Part shown: piece by piece, positions 8,944 to 18,718 of the stretch
Position numbering within the stretch: position 1 is the stretch's first letter
How the letters are laid out: each line of letters starts with the position of its first letter
Assembly: GCA_964646855.1 (NCBI GenBank)
Contig: CAZYHQ010000004.1
Location: 1-52,588, forward strand
DNA: 52,588 nt
From: an uncultured archaeon
Lineage (GTDB): Archaea > Aenigmatarchaeota > Aenigmatarchaeia > CG10238-14 > SCSR01
Direction of reading: 5' to 3'
Made by a program: the position numbers and the translations under genes
Notes under the pieces: generated by a model
Told to the model about the DNA's origin: nothing
The model's database searches: none
Seen by the model: the letters and a program-made list of their open reading frames with translations, nothing else

Positions 8944-9918
8944 ATGGTTTACAAATCGATTTTAGCTCTTTTAATTATTCTAACAATCTCTTACTTGTTC
9001 TACTCGCAGCTGCCAAGCTTTGCAAATCTTATAAAGCCCCAGGAAGTCGTGCAGAAAATCGAAGAAGTTAAACTGCCGGTGAATCTAACTATATCGGAGT
9101 CTAACCCAAGATGGAATCACTTCCCATTGAAGGTTTTCATAGACGCAAGTTACCAGAATCTGAGATCTTCTTATCCAAACGATGTAAAAGTCGCCCTGAG
9201 CGAGTGGACGAAAGCGGCGAGCTTCGTAACTTTTACAGAAGTGACGAACGCAGAAAACGCAGACATAGTTGTCAAGTGGGTTGACAGGCTTAAGGAAGGC
9301 TCGAAGGATACCATAGGCAACACGGATTTGAAATTTTTAGACACAGAAAGGTTCAAAGTGATTCAAAGTGCCGAAATACAGCTTCTGACCAAGGAAGACG
9401 GAAAAGTTTTTACTGATTTGGACATGGTGAACTTGGCGATGCATGAAATCGGGCATGCCATTGGATTGGATCATGTCGACTCGAAGGACAGCATTATGTA
9501 CCCGAAATTGAACTTGCCGAGCGTTGAAGTAAAACAAATTTCGATTTTGGATTTGGATGCACTGAAACAAATTTACAAACTTCCAGCGAAACCAGATATG
9601 ATTTTAATTGAAGCGAACGCGACAAAGTCCACAATTTCTTCCTTGATAAGGACACGATATTTTGTAAACATCAGTGTGACCGTTCAGAATGAAGGCTTAT
9701 CTGACGCACAAGAATCTATACTGAAAATTCTGACAGATGGTGAAACAGCAAAAACCAGCGTTGTGCCGAAACTGGAAGTGGGCAACAAGTATTTGCTCTT
9801 CTTCGGCAACCTCGAAGTCAGCAGTGATTTTTCTTCAGTTGAACTAATTACAGATCCAGAAAATTCAATCGATGAATTGGACGAAGGCAACAACAAAATA
9901 ATTTTGAAAATCTCTTAA
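8944..9918 (+). CDS. Membrane-anchored matrixin (M10) metalloprotease with CARDB-like C-terminal domain
   Basis: HEIGHAIGLDH zinc motif, Met-turn SIMYP, V.N.G..DA and DPEN.I.E.DE.NN. Confidence 0.9.
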   Translation: MVYKSILALLIILTISYLFYSQLPSFANLIKPQEVVQKIEEVKLPVNLTISESNPRWNHFPLKVFIDASYQNLRSSYPNDVKVALSEWTKAASFVTFTEVTNAENADIVVKWVDRLKEGSKDTIGNTDLKFLDTERFKVIQSAEIQLLTKEDGKVFTDLDMVNLAMHEIGHAIGLDHVDSKDSIMYPKLNLPSVEVKQISILDLDALKQIYKLPAKPDMILIEANATKSTISSLIRTRYFVNISVTVQNEGLSDAQESILKILTDGETAKTSVVPKLEVGNKYLLFFGNLEVSSDFSSVELITDPENSIDELDEGNNKIILKIS

Positions 9919-9921
9919 AGG

Positions 9922-10005
9922 CGCTGAGGATGGGATTTGAACCCACATGAGCTTGCGCTCGCTGGTTTTCGAGACCAGTGCACTACCTGATTATGCGACC
10001 TCAGC
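9922..10005 (-). tRNA. tRNA-Ser(CGA)
   Basis: Acceptor GCTGAGG/CCTCAGC, anticodon arm CTGGT-CTCGAAA-ACCAG, long variable arm GAGCGCAAGCTC, T-loop TTCAAAT, G discriminator. Confidence 0.95.
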
Positions 10006-10389
10006 TCAAAGTTTAATTTTGTGTGTTAGGTTAAATATTAAATCTGCGCCTGCTGCTATAAGCGCTGGCTGGAAACCCAGTGCGACGAACGCAGTAGCAA
10101 AAACCGCCAACGGCTTAACAAAAAATCTGAAAGGCTCTTCCAACTTGAGTATGCTCAGCGCGATTTCCGCTAAAAATAAAAGCAGAAGCGTCCACGACAG
10201 ATAACCAAGCGTCGCGCCGAAAACTGGATTGAAGAAGTAAATGGCAAACAGCCCTATTTTTGGGACAAGTCCCATCATGTCAAAGCCCAAAATAAACAGG
10301 ACAATCCTCACCAATAGGGAAAACCCGAAAGGATCAAACCATGACACCGTTACCAACGCAAGTCCCAGTATATTTCCAAAAATCCCCAT
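10006..10389 (-). CDS. Small multi-pass membrane protein
   Basis: Hydrophobic 127-aa ORF; stop codon abuts the tRNA-Ser 5' end. Confidence 0.7.
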   Translation of the reverse strand: MGIFGNILGLALVTVSWFDPFGFSLLVRIVLFILGFDMMGLVPKIGLFAIYFFNPVFGATLGYLSWTLLLLFLAEIALSILKLEEPFRFFVKPLAVFATAFVALGFQPALIAAGADLIFNLTHKIKL

Positions 10390-10436
10390 AATAGATTTTT
10401 ATCCAATCAAAGTAAAATAGGACGACTTAAGACTTT

Positions 10437-11123
10437 CTAGTCCTTATCTATCAATGTAGCACTCTTCACTTCTAAATATCCAGAGGAAGTTTTCGTGTCC
10501 CAGATTTTTTGGGATTCGACAAAACTAATTTTCTTTTTGAAAATAGGACCGTCGACAACAAAGGTGTTGTAAGAACCGCCTTCTCCCAATTCGTCGAAAC
10601 CGAATTTTGCCGCCAGTTTTTTTAACTCGTCCAGAGAATTCTCATCAATAATTTTTCCAATCCAGTTTTTTCCAAGTCCGTCAGTAGCAACATCGGTTAT
10701 CATCACTTTGAAACCTGACTTGACTTCGGCTTCGAGCAGTTCTCGTGAAGAATAATTTTTGTGAGGAATAATTATGTCCACTCCAAATTTCGCTGCGACC
10801 TCCTCTATAGAATTGATCTGTGTTTTTTGCAAACCGACTCCCCCCAACAACAGAGCATCTATATCCAACTTTTTCAAAACCTTTTCTAATACTTTGGCCT
10901 CGGTGTTTGGACCTGTTTGGTTTGTTTGCAAAAGTATCAATGGGATGCCCAGGGCTTCTGAAGAAAGCAAAGTCCATTCGACTGTTGCATAATGATACAA
11001 GTAAGCCTCTGTGTTTTTGGGCTTTACGGCAATCAAAGCCTCTACCTGCCACCCTTGTTGCAAAGCATAGTACAAGGCAAAAGTGGAATCTTTCCCTCCA
11101 CTGAACATCACAGCAACTTTCAT
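10437..11123 (-). CDS. Diphthine--ammonia ligase (Dph6, PP-loop ATPase)
   Basis: MKVAVMFSGGKDS, GEGG.Y.TFV.DGPIF; start moved to ATG 11123. Confidence 0.88.
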   Translation of the reverse strand: MKVAVMFSGGKDSTFALYYALQQGWQVEALIAVKPKNTEAYLYHYATVEWTLLSSEALGIPLILLQTNQTGPNTEAKVLEKVLKKLDIDALLLGGVGLQKTQINSIEEVAAKFGVDIIIPHKNYSSRELLEAEVKSGFKVMITDVATDGLGKNWIGKIIDENSLDELKKLAAKFGFDELGEGGSYNTFVVDGPIFKKKISFVESQKIWDTKTSSGYLEVKSATLIDKD

Positions 11124-11177
11124 AGCATCACTTAATATTTTGAAGTTTTTAAATTTATCTCCATTCAATAGTTAATC

Positions 11178-12719
11178 ATGCAGCTCCTAAAGCTAGACAA
11201 GATAACACCTCGAGATTACCAAAAGAATATTGCTGAAACTGCTTCCCAGAAAAATACTCTAGTCGTGCTGCCAACCGGTATGGGGAAAACATTAGTTGCA
11301 GTTTTGGTTGCGGTAAACAGATTAGAAAAATTTCCTGAGAGCAAAATTTTGGTAATGGCTCCGACGCGTCCATTAAATGCTCAGCACAAAAAAAGTTTTG
11401 AGCAGTTCACGAATTTGCCAGAAGAAGAAATAATTTTAGTCACCGGAAAGATAAAACCTGAAGATCGTGTTGAAGTTTACAAGAAAGCAAAGATCACGGT
11501 CGCAACCCCGCAGACGATCCAGAACGATTTGGAAAACGAAAAAATAAATCTGGAAAATTTTAGTCTTGTTGTCTTTGACGAGGCCCACCGATCTGTAAAG
11601 GATTATGCGTATCCTTACATCGCAAAAAAGTACATGCTGCAAGCCAAGCAGTCGCTGATACTAGGACTTACTGCGTCACCGGGTGGAACGGAGGAAAAAA
11701 TTGCAGAGATAACAAAAAATCTTTTTATCAAGGCTGTAGAAATCAGAACAGAGAGTGATCTGGACGTAGAAAAATATGTGCAACCAATCGAGAGAAATTT
11801 TATTTATGTTGACTTCCCAGACGAGTTCAAGAAAATAAAAAGTTTGCTGGAAGAAGTTTTGAAGGACGATCTTTATTGGCTGAAAGAGCACCATTACATA
11901 CCTATTTACAAGCCGCCGAAAAGAATGCTGATTGCATTGCAAATTAGAGTCATCGCAAGTTACTCAAAAAACAAAAAGAACTTCGGTAGCTTGTGGGCGA
12001 TGATAAGGACTGCAAGCGCGATAAAAATAGAACATGCAATTGAACTTTTGGAAACCCAGGGAATTTCGTTTCTTTACGATTACCTGAAAAAAATGGAAGC
12101 CAGCAAAAAAAGTACTGACAAAAGGTTGTTCAAGAATTCCAGAGTTGTAGATGTGATGAAAGCTGTTGAGGGGTTGCATGCGCAAGGTCTTGACCACCCG
12201 AAGATGGAAAGGCTGCTATCTTTGGTGCAGGATTTCCTGAAAATAAAGCCAGAAGCAAAACTAATCGTGTTTGCAAACTTCAGGTCAACTGTGGATAAAA
12301 TAAAAAGTTTGCTAAGTGAGAGTGGGATACGTTCGGAAATTCTAGTTGGGCAAGCGATTAAAAACGGGAAAGGCATGTCACAAGAGGAGCAGATAGAAAC
12401 GCTGAATAGGTTTAGAAGTAATGAATTTAACGCACTCGTTTCTACTTCAATCGGCGAGGAGGGAATTGACGTGCCGGCTGTCGACTATGCAATTTTTTAC
12501 GAGCCCGTTCCTTGGGAAATTCGTGCCATACAGAGGAGAGGCAGGGTCGGCAGGCAGGCGCCAGGAAAAGTTATATTTCTGATAACAAAAGATACAAGAG
12601 ACGAAGCTTATTTCTTTGCTGCTCTAGGCAAAGAAAAAAGAATGAAAAAAATTCTGTATGGTATTAAGGAAGGGAAGAAACTAAACAAGAAAACAAGTTT
12701 AATTGATTGGGTAAAATAA
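11178..12719 (+). CDS. Hef/FANCM-like SF2 helicase (helicase half of a split Hef)
   Basis: PRDYQ, LPTGMGKT, TPQ, DEAH, LTASPG, STSIGEEGID.P, QRRGRVGR; PIP-like C-terminus KTSLIDW. Confidence 0.93.
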   Translation: MQLLKLDKITPRDYQKNIAETASQKNTLVVLPTGMGKTLVAVLVAVNRLEKFPESKILVMAPTRPLNAQHKKSFEQFTNLPEEEIILVTGKIKPEDRVEVYKKAKITVATPQTIQNDLENEKINLENFSLVVFDEAHRSVKDYAYPYIAKKYMLQAKQSLILGLTASPGGTEEKIAEITKNLFIKAVEIRTESDLDVEKYVQPIERNFIYVDFPDEFKKIKSLLEEVLKDDLYWLKEHHYIPIYKPPKRMLIALQIRVIASYSKNKKNFGSLWAMIRTASAIKIEHAIELLETQGISFLYDYLKKMEASKKSTDKRLFKNSRVVDVMKAVEGLHAQGLDHPKMERLLSLVQDFLKIKPEAKLIVFANFRSTVDKIKSLLSESGIRSEILVGQAIKNGKGMSQEEQIETLNRFRSNEFNALVSTSIGEEGIDVPAVDYAIFYEPVPWEIRAIQRRGRVGRQAPGKVIFLITKDTRDEAYFFAALGKEKRMKKILYGIKEGKKLNKKTSLIDWVK

Positions 12720-13372
12720 TGGAAACTCAAAAAATTTTGAAAAACGAAAATGAAATCGTGGTGATCGCGGACTACAGAGAGAAAGAGGTCATTTCTACTT
12801 TAAGAGAATTGGGAGCAAAAGTTAACGAGATGAATTTGGAAGTTGGAGATTTCGTTGCATCTGAAAAAATTGCCTTTGAACGCAAACAACATAGTGATTT
12901 TGTATCCTCAATTATCGATGGTAGAATTTTTGAACAGGCAGAAAGTCTACGGAAAAATTTCGCAAAACCTGTTATTGTTATCGAAGGTGATTCGGACAGG
13001 GCAATTGCTGACAATGCGCTCAAGGCAACTTTAGCAAGCTTGTTGACAAATTATGAAATTTCTTTAATCAGCACAAAAAATACACACGATACTGCAAAAT
13101 TAATTTTTTGGACTGCGAAAAAAGAACAGGAAGAGAATAAAAATTTAGTTGCATTCAAAGTAGGGAAGAAACCGAAATCTGTCAAAAGATTGCAGGAAGA
13201 AATAGTTGCTTCCATGCCTGGAATTTCCGCGGTCCTATCAACAAGATTGTTGAAACATTTTGGCTCGGTTGAAAAAATATTTTCAGCAAGCGAACAAGAA
13301 CTGATTGGGGTGGATGGCATAGGCAAAAAGTTGGCCAAAAGGATTATAGATGTGCTGCATAAAAATTACTAG
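12719..13372 (+). CDS. ERCC4/XPF structure-specific endonuclease with HhH motifs
   Basis: AD.RE, VGDF, ERK...DF..SI.DGRIFEQ, PGI....LL..FGSV..I..AS..EL..V.GIG.K.A; start taken at the ATG overlapping the helicase stop. Confidence 0.93.
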   Translation: METQKILKNENEIVVIADYREKEVISTLRELGAKVNEMNLEVGDFVASEKIAFERKQHSDFVSSIIDGRIFEQAESLRKNFAKPVIVIEGDSDRAIADNALKATLASLLTNYEISLISTKNTHDTAKLIFWTAKKEQEENKNLVAFKVGKKPKSVKRLQEEIVASMPGISAVLSTRLLKHFGSVEKIFSASEQELIGVDGIGKKLAKRIIDVLHKNY

Positions 13373-13795
13373 GTGAGATTTGCGAGCAAGGAAATAGTGG
13401 TTGGAATTGATCCAGGAACAACTGTTGGCATATCTATACTTGACACAAAAGGAAACTTGATGCTAGTTACAAGCAGGAAAAACGCGAAACGAAACGAGGT
13501 TGTAAATTTAATTTCGAATTTCGGAAAACCGATTATAATAAGCACTGACAGGAACCCCGCGCCAAAGTACGTAGAGAAACTGGCAAGCAGTTTTGGAGCA
13601 AAAATATTTTGCCCTGAAAAACATATAACCCTTGCCCAGAAAAAAAATTTAACAAAGAAATTTTTGGATGAAGTGAAAAATTCTCATGAGAAGGATTCTC
13701 TTGCGGCTGCGGTAAAGGCCTGGAAAAGTTACAAGAGAACCTTTGAATATGAAAAGTTCGGTGGCTTTTTACAATGGCTAAGAAGAAAAAGATAA
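13373..13795 (+). CDS. DUF460-like RNase H-fold protein
   Basis: VGIDPGTTVGI.ILD..G, FGKP.IISTD..PAP..V.KLA..F, N.HE.D.LAAA.KA. Confidence 0.8.
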   Translation: MRFASKEIVVGIDPGTTVGISILDTKGNLMLVTSRKNAKRNEVVNLISNFGKPIIISTDRNPAPKYVEKLASSFGAKIFCPEKHITLAQKKNLTKKFLDEVKNSHEKDSLAAAVKAWKSYKRTFEYEKFGGFLQWLRRKR

Positions 13796-14304
13796 GCAAA
13801 TCAGTTCAAAAACTGAAAATTGTAGCAAAATTTCTTTTGATATTCAACCTGCTTTCTTTGCCTTTGTATGTTGCAATTTACGCAAATTTTTCTTTCTACC
13901 CACTGCAGGTGTTTACTGCCAGCGTGAGTAATTCTGTTCTGCAAATCATAGGCTACGACACGTCGCTGCACGGAAATCTTTTAGTCATTACCGCAAAAAA
14001 TTTGCTGTTGAGAGTTGACGTTTCTTGGGATTCCACAGGTTGGAAAAGTCTGTACGCACTTGCTGCATTGTCCGTAGCTACTCCGGTCGCTTTCAACAAA
14101 AAAATTAGGTTTTTAGCCATAGCGCTACCAGCTATTTTTGTTGTAAACATTTTGAGGGTTGTAACCACAATTTCCCTTTCTTTAAGCTACGGCCTGGAAT
14201 ACTTTGATCTGCTGCATAATTTGCTCTGGAGGGAGGGACTTATTGCTGCTGTTGTCGGAATTTGGCTGGTTTGGGCATACAAGCAAAAATATAATATTAG
14301 GTAA
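13774..14304 (+). CDS. Exosortase/archaeosortase-family membrane protein (Ser at the catalytic Cys position)
   Basis: V.V..xSTG loop, TM, N.LR motif, F...H motif; no Cys anywhere in the protein. Confidence 0.75.
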   Translation: MAKKKKISKSVQKLKIVAKFLLIFNLLSLPLYVAIYANFSFYPLQVFTASVSNSVLQIIGYDTSLHGNLLVITAKNLLLRVDVSWDSTGWKSLYALAALSVATPVAFNKKIRFLAIALPAIFVVNILRVVTTISLSLSYGLEYFDLLHNLLWREGLIAAVVGIWLVWAYKQKYNIR

Positions 14305-14326
14305 AACCAAACAGATTTTAGGTATT

Positions 14327-15736
14327 ATGGCAAAAGAGCCAGAGGATTTCTCGAAAATAGAGGACAAGTTCAAGCTAAGTCTGATGCAAACTGAGAAAAG
14401 AATTGTTGACTTAGAAGTAGCTTTTTCTGAACTTTCAAGTAAAATTGGCGAATCTAAAGGTCCAGAAGAATTGAAACAGAGGGTGGATGATTTAGAAGAC
14501 TTGGCAATGATCGAAACCATCGGTGTAACTGAATTAAAGAAAATGATGGAACAGATAAGAGATAGCGCAAAACCGGCGGAACCTCCGGATTTGTCTGCAA
14601 TCGAACAAAAGATTGCGAATTTAGAAAGTCAAGTTGCAACCTTGCCCAAACCTGAACAAGTTGACCTTAGTGGGGTGGAGTCTCATGTAAAAGGTTTGAA
14701 CGAAACAGTTGACTCCCTCAAAGAGAGCCACGGTGGGGTGCAAAGTCAAATTGATCTGGTTATCAATGAAATCAATTCTCTAAGGAAGGAAGTTGGGACA
14801 GAAATTCAAAACATCAAAATGAACAGGCCTGAGGTCGCAATTCAGTTTTTATCTTCTAGGTTGGAGGCTCTGCGGGCAGTAAACGACGAAATGCAAAAAA
14901 GTGTGACCGACGTTAACATTAAGCTGCAAACTTTAGAGTCGAAGGCAGAACTCAACTTGCCCACCGAAGTGAATAGCAGGATAGAAAACATACAGCAAGA
15001 TTGGCTAGGAATAAATTCCAGGATGGATTCAATTGAAGCTGTAGTCAAAGGATTTTACAAAACTTACGATGCTCTGCAGTTGGAATTGAAAAAATTTGAT
15101 ACTTTTGAAAAGGCTTCAACACTGAAAGATGACCTTGAAAAGAAATTCGAAGAATTCAAATTTGTTGAAAGTGAAATCAAAAGGCTCTCTGGAAGAATAG
15201 AGATGGTCTACGAGAATATTGACAGGAGGCTGGACAAAGTAAAAGAACTCGAAAGGAAAGTACCAGAAGTTTTAGAATCTGTAGAGAAACTTGCAAAAGA
15301 AAACGACAGAAACAAAATTGAAATTCTTGACAGAGTCAAAAAAGATGATGTGTATGCAGTTAAAAAATTTGTGGAGGACACTGCCAACGAATTGAACAAA
15401 TATTCCAAGGAAAATATCACCAAAATTATGAAAGAACTTGAGGGCAATAAAAGGGACCTGTCAAACATCAAGCAGTTGCTAGGTTCTCAGGATACTGGAA
15501 GAATAAGCGATAGAATTTCCCAATTAGAGGATTTGATAAAACAGCATGAGTCTAAGATTGATTCCAAAATTAAGGGATTAGACGAAAAAATACGAAGCAT
15601 CGAATTGCCGGAATCGCCGATGGAGGAAGAAGTAAAAGAAATTGTAGAAAGGATGATACTTCTCGAGACTAGGTTGGCCGCAATCGAAAGATTGCTTCAG
15701 GAATCCTCTAGCATACAGCCAGTGATTTTGGAGTAA
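14327..15736 (+). CDS. Long coiled-coil protein, function unknown
   Basis: E/K/L-rich heptad pattern across about 470 aa; start taken at ATG 14327. Confidence 0.8.
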   Translation: MAKEPEDFSKIEDKFKLSLMQTEKRIVDLEVAFSELSSKIGESKGPEELKQRVDDLEDLAMIETIGVTELKKMMEQIRDSAKPAEPPDLSAIEQKIANLESQVATLPKPEQVDLSGVESHVKGLNETVDSLKESHGGVQSQIDLVINEINSLRKEVGTEIQNIKMNRPEVAIQFLSSRLEALRAVNDEMQKSVTDVNIKLQTLESKAELNLPTEVNSRIENIQQDWLGINSRMDSIEAVVKGFYKTYDALQLELKKFDTFEKASTLKDDLEKKFEEFKFVESEIKRLSGRIEMVYENIDRRLDKVKELERKVPEVLESVEKLAKENDRNKIEILDRVKKDDVYAVKKFVEDTANELNKYSKENITKIMKELEGNKRDLSNIKQLLGSQDTGRISDRISQLEDLIKQHESKIDSKIKGLDEKIRSIELPESPMEEEVKEIVERMILLETRLAAIERLLQESSSIQPVILE

Positions 15737-15777
15737 ATTTTATAAGTCTTTATGCTAATTTGATTTATTTGATTTGC

Positions 15778-18006
15778 ATGTCCACTACTGTAATAATTAC
15801 CGAAAAGCCAGACGCGATGAACAAGATTGCGCAAGCTCTTTCGAATGGCAAGGCACGCAAAAAAGAGCATGGAGAATTCCATTGGTTTGAGTTTAAAAAC
15901 CGGGAGAAAAATTTTGTTGTCACCTGTGCGGTTGGCCACTTGTTTGTTCTCGACACGATAAAAGACGGGGGCGGGTGGAGGTATCCGGTTTTTGATGTGC
16001 AGTGGGTAGCCTCACACACAAAAAAGAATCACGAGTTCTCGAAAAAATATTTTGAGGCGTTGGAGGAAGCTGTAAAGAAGGGAGACGAATTCATAGTGGC
16101 AACAGATTATGACACGGAAGGCGCCGTTATTGGTTACAACATACTCAAGATGCTTTGCGGGAAAGAGGACGCAAAACGAATGAAATTCTCCACAATGACT
16201 AAGGACGAACTTTTGGATTCGTTCGAAAAAGCGAACGCTCATTTGGATGTCGGCCAAGTCGAAGCTGGACTGACCAGACACTATTTGGATTTCTTCTGGG
16301 GCATAAACCTCACCCGTGCTCTCACGCTTGCAATGAAAAACGCAGCACAAAAGGGATTTGCAATTTTATCGACAGGGAGGGTGCAAGGCCCGACGCTTGC
16401 GATGCTCAACGAAAAAGAAATGGAAATAAAAAAATTCAAGTCAACTCCGTTCTGGCAGATCGAACTGCATCTGAAACTTGACGGGCAAGAAGTCATAGCA
16501 AATTACGAAAAAGAAAAGATTTGGAAAAAAGAAGAAGCGGACAAAGTTATAGCTGAAAGCAAAGGAAAAGGCGCGGCAGTAAAAGACATTAAGAAAAGAG
16601 AGTACAAGCAGTCTCCGCCGGTTCCGTTCAACACAACAGATATGCAGGCAGAAGCCTACGCGCAGTTCAGATATTCTCCAACACAGACACTCAGCATAGC
16701 AGAAAGTTTGTATCAGGCTGGAATAATCTCCTACCCACGTTCATCCTCGCAGAAGCTGCCGGCCAACATAAACTATCCAAAAATTCTAAAAGCGCTTGCT
16801 GCGCTGAAGCCGTATGAAAAATTTGTAGCCGACTTGATGAAAAAGGGGAAACTGATTCCAAAAGAAGGGCCCAGAGACGATCCGGCGCATCCGGCAGTCT
16901 ACCCGACTTTCGAGGTTGCTGATTTTAAAAAAATAACCTCGCAGCAGAAAAAATTGTACGACTTGATTGTCAGGAGATTTCTTGCAGTCTTTGCTGATGA
17001 AGCTTTGCGAGAGAGCAATACTATAACACTCGATGTGAATGGAAACGAGTTTGTCGTGGTTGGTAAAAGGACTCTTGAACATGGCTGGACAAAAATTTAC
17101 GAGCCTTACATGTCTACTGACGAACTAATTCTGCCAGAATTGGAAGTTGGGCAAAAGGTAAAAGTTTCAAAAATAGAGCAGCTTGCAAAAGAGACCCAGC
17201 CTCCAGGAAGGTACAGTCAGGGCAGTGTATTGAAGGAAATGGAAAAAAGAAATCTTGGGACAAAAGCAACGCGTGCAGAAATTCTAAAAACTTTGTACGA
17301 CAGAAGATACATACTCGGACAGAGCATAAAAGTCACTAAGCTCGGCGAAGTTGTTATCAGAGCCCTGCAAGAATATTCACCAAGAATATTGTCTGAAGAA
17401 TTGACGAGAAAATTTGAAGACGAATCTGAGCAAGTACTCAACGGAAAACTGAAAAGAGAAAAGGTTTTGAACGAGGCAAAAGAAACTCTTGTGGATTTGC
17501 TGAAAGATTTTAAAATTAACGAGAAAAAAATAGGCAAAAAGCTTTTGGAAGGTTTGCAGCAAGCAAGGGAGGAAGAACGGAGGCTTGGTACCTGCATAAA
17601 CTGCAAGACTGGAGAATTAAGAATTTTGAGGTCCAGATTTAGCAACAAGTTTTTTGTCGGGTGTTCCAGTTATTTCAAATGTGCAAAGTGCGGATTCACA
17701 AGGACTGCGTGCAAGTGCAAGTGCGAAATATGCGGAGGTCAAAAGGGAAAATGCAAGGACAACTGGAAAGACAAGAAATGGCTGCCGTCCTGCCAAACCG
17801 GCTATCCGCTGCCAGGTGCTGCACTGAACCAGCCGACAGGAAAAGTTTGCGAAAAATGCGGCACACCTATAATCCAGGTAATCAGGAAAGGCAAACGTCC
17901 GTTCAGAATGTGCATTGACCCGAAGTGTGTTACAAAAGCTGATTGGGGCAAAAAGAAAACCGCAGTTAAAACGGCAATTAATAAGGCAACAAAAACTAAA
18001 GTTTAA
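15778..18006 (+). CDS. topA: DNA topoisomerase IA with C-terminal Zn ribbons
   Basis: ITEKP, AVGHL, ATDYDTEG, STGRVQGPTL, ISYPR catalytic Tyr, AHPAVYPT, LGTKATR. Confidence 0.97.
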   Translation: MSTTVIITEKPDAMNKIAQALSNGKARKKEHGEFHWFEFKNREKNFVVTCAVGHLFVLDTIKDGGGWRYPVFDVQWVASHTKKNHEFSKKYFEALEEAVKKGDEFIVATDYDTEGAVIGYNILKMLCGKEDAKRMKFSTMTKDELLDSFEKANAHLDVGQVEAGLTRHYLDFFWGINLTRALTLAMKNAAQKGFAILSTGRVQGPTLAMLNEKEMEIKKFKSTPFWQIELHLKLDGQEVIANYEKEKIWKKEEADKVIAESKGKGAAVKDIKKREYKQSPPVPFNTTDMQAEAYAQFRYSPTQTLSIAESLYQAGIISYPRSSSQKLPANINYPKILKALAALKPYEKFVADLMKKGKLIPKEGPRDDPAHPAVYPTFEVADFKKITSQQKKLYDLIVRRFLAVFADEALRESNTITLDVNGNEFVVVGKRTLEHGWTKIYEPYMSTDELILPELEVGQKVKVSKIEQLAKETQPPGRYSQGSVLKEMEKRNLGTKATRAEILKTLYDRRYILGQSIKVTKLGEVVIRALQEYSPRILSEELTRKFEDESEQVLNGKLKREKVLNEAKETLVDLLKDFKINEKKIGKKLLEGLQQAREEERRLGTCINCKTGELRILRSRFSNKFFVGCSSYFKCAKCGFTRTACKCKCEICGGQKGKCKDNWKDKKWLPSCQTGYPLPGAALNQPTGKVCEKCGTPIIQVIRKGKRPFRMCIDPKCVTKADWGKKKTAVKTAINKATKTKV

Positions 18007-18008
18007 TT

Positions 18009-18242
18009 GTGGCTAAGAAATCCGAAAAACGAAAACTTACCCATTTTCACTTGCTGCCAGTTTTCATTGTTGCAGTTGCTTTGGCCTTTTCCCTAGTATT
18101 TACAATTTTTCTTTTGCCGCTAACAACAATAACCGAAAAAATCGATATTAAGTTTCTTTTCACAGTATTGCTTGTTTTCTCTGGAGTTGTGTCAGCTACC
18201 GTTTCATTAATTTTTTACTTGATACTTTCTAAAAGAATTTAG
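18009..18242 (+). CDS. Small two-TM membrane protein
   Basis: 77-aa hydrophobic ORF 2 nt after topA. Confidence 0.6.
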   Translation: MAKKSEKRKLTHFHLLPVFIVAVALAFSLVFTIFLLPLTTITEKIDIKFLFTVLLVFSGVVSATVSLIFYLILSKRI

Positions 18243-18288
18243 CTTACTCAAAAAACCCTAATCTGCAACAGTGTCAAAAACCGTAAGC

Positions 18289-18315
18289 TTTATATATTTT
18301 ATGTTACAAGTAATA
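18289..18315 (+). promoter_or_regulatory. TATA box plus downstream imperfect palindrome of the cdc48 operon
   Basis: TTTATATA at 18289-18296, followed by TGTTAC-AA-GTAATA at 18302-18315. Confidence 0.45.
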
Positions 18316-18355
18316 CTAAATTTAGGAACAGAAGAAACATAAATTGTGATAAATA

Positions 18356-18718
18356 ATGGCTGAAAAAAAAGGTGTGTTGATTACATTCTCGATAAAGACT
18401 GAAAAGCTGAAGCCGTCTGAAAAAACTATTTTCTTCAGGAAACTTTACGGTTGGAAGCAGGTAATACCGAACGAGACGACGGAAAAGAAATACGAATACG
18501 AAAGGCCGGGTATTCTCGATGAAATCCCCCACGAGAAAGTTGATCAATCCTCATTTATCATTCCTGAAAATCGCGCTGAGGAAATTGAAAATTTCTTTGA
18601 TGAATGGAGCAATAAAGTTATTTGGAAAACTTTCAAAGTATTATTAGACAGGGATATGGATAGGATGTTCAAACAAATGCAAAAATTGTTCAACGAAGAG
18701 GAGGAGGAAGAGCTATGA
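18356..18718 (+). CDS. Hypothetical protein, first gene of the cdc48 operon
   Basis: 120-aa ORF (FFRKLYG...Y.Y..PGIL) with acidic tail; ATGA overlap with next gene. Confidence 0.8.
   Translation: MAEKKGVLITFSIKTEKLKPSEKTIFFRKLYGWKQVIPNETTEKKYEYERPGILDEIPHEKVDQSSFIIPENRAEEIENFFDEWSNKVIWKTFKVLLDRDMDRMFKQMQKLFNEEEEEEL

Noticed and set aside
9947-10204. ORF-track entries overlapping RNA genes (9947-10204, 44983-45282, 45608-46015, 50696-50881)
   Set aside because: They overlap tRNA or SRP RNA genes and are spurious translations.
14204-14326. Extended N-terminus of the coiled-coil protein and an SMC/Rad50 assignment
   Set aside because: The extension overlaps the archaeosortase-like gene; no Walker A/B, hinge or hook motifs are present.
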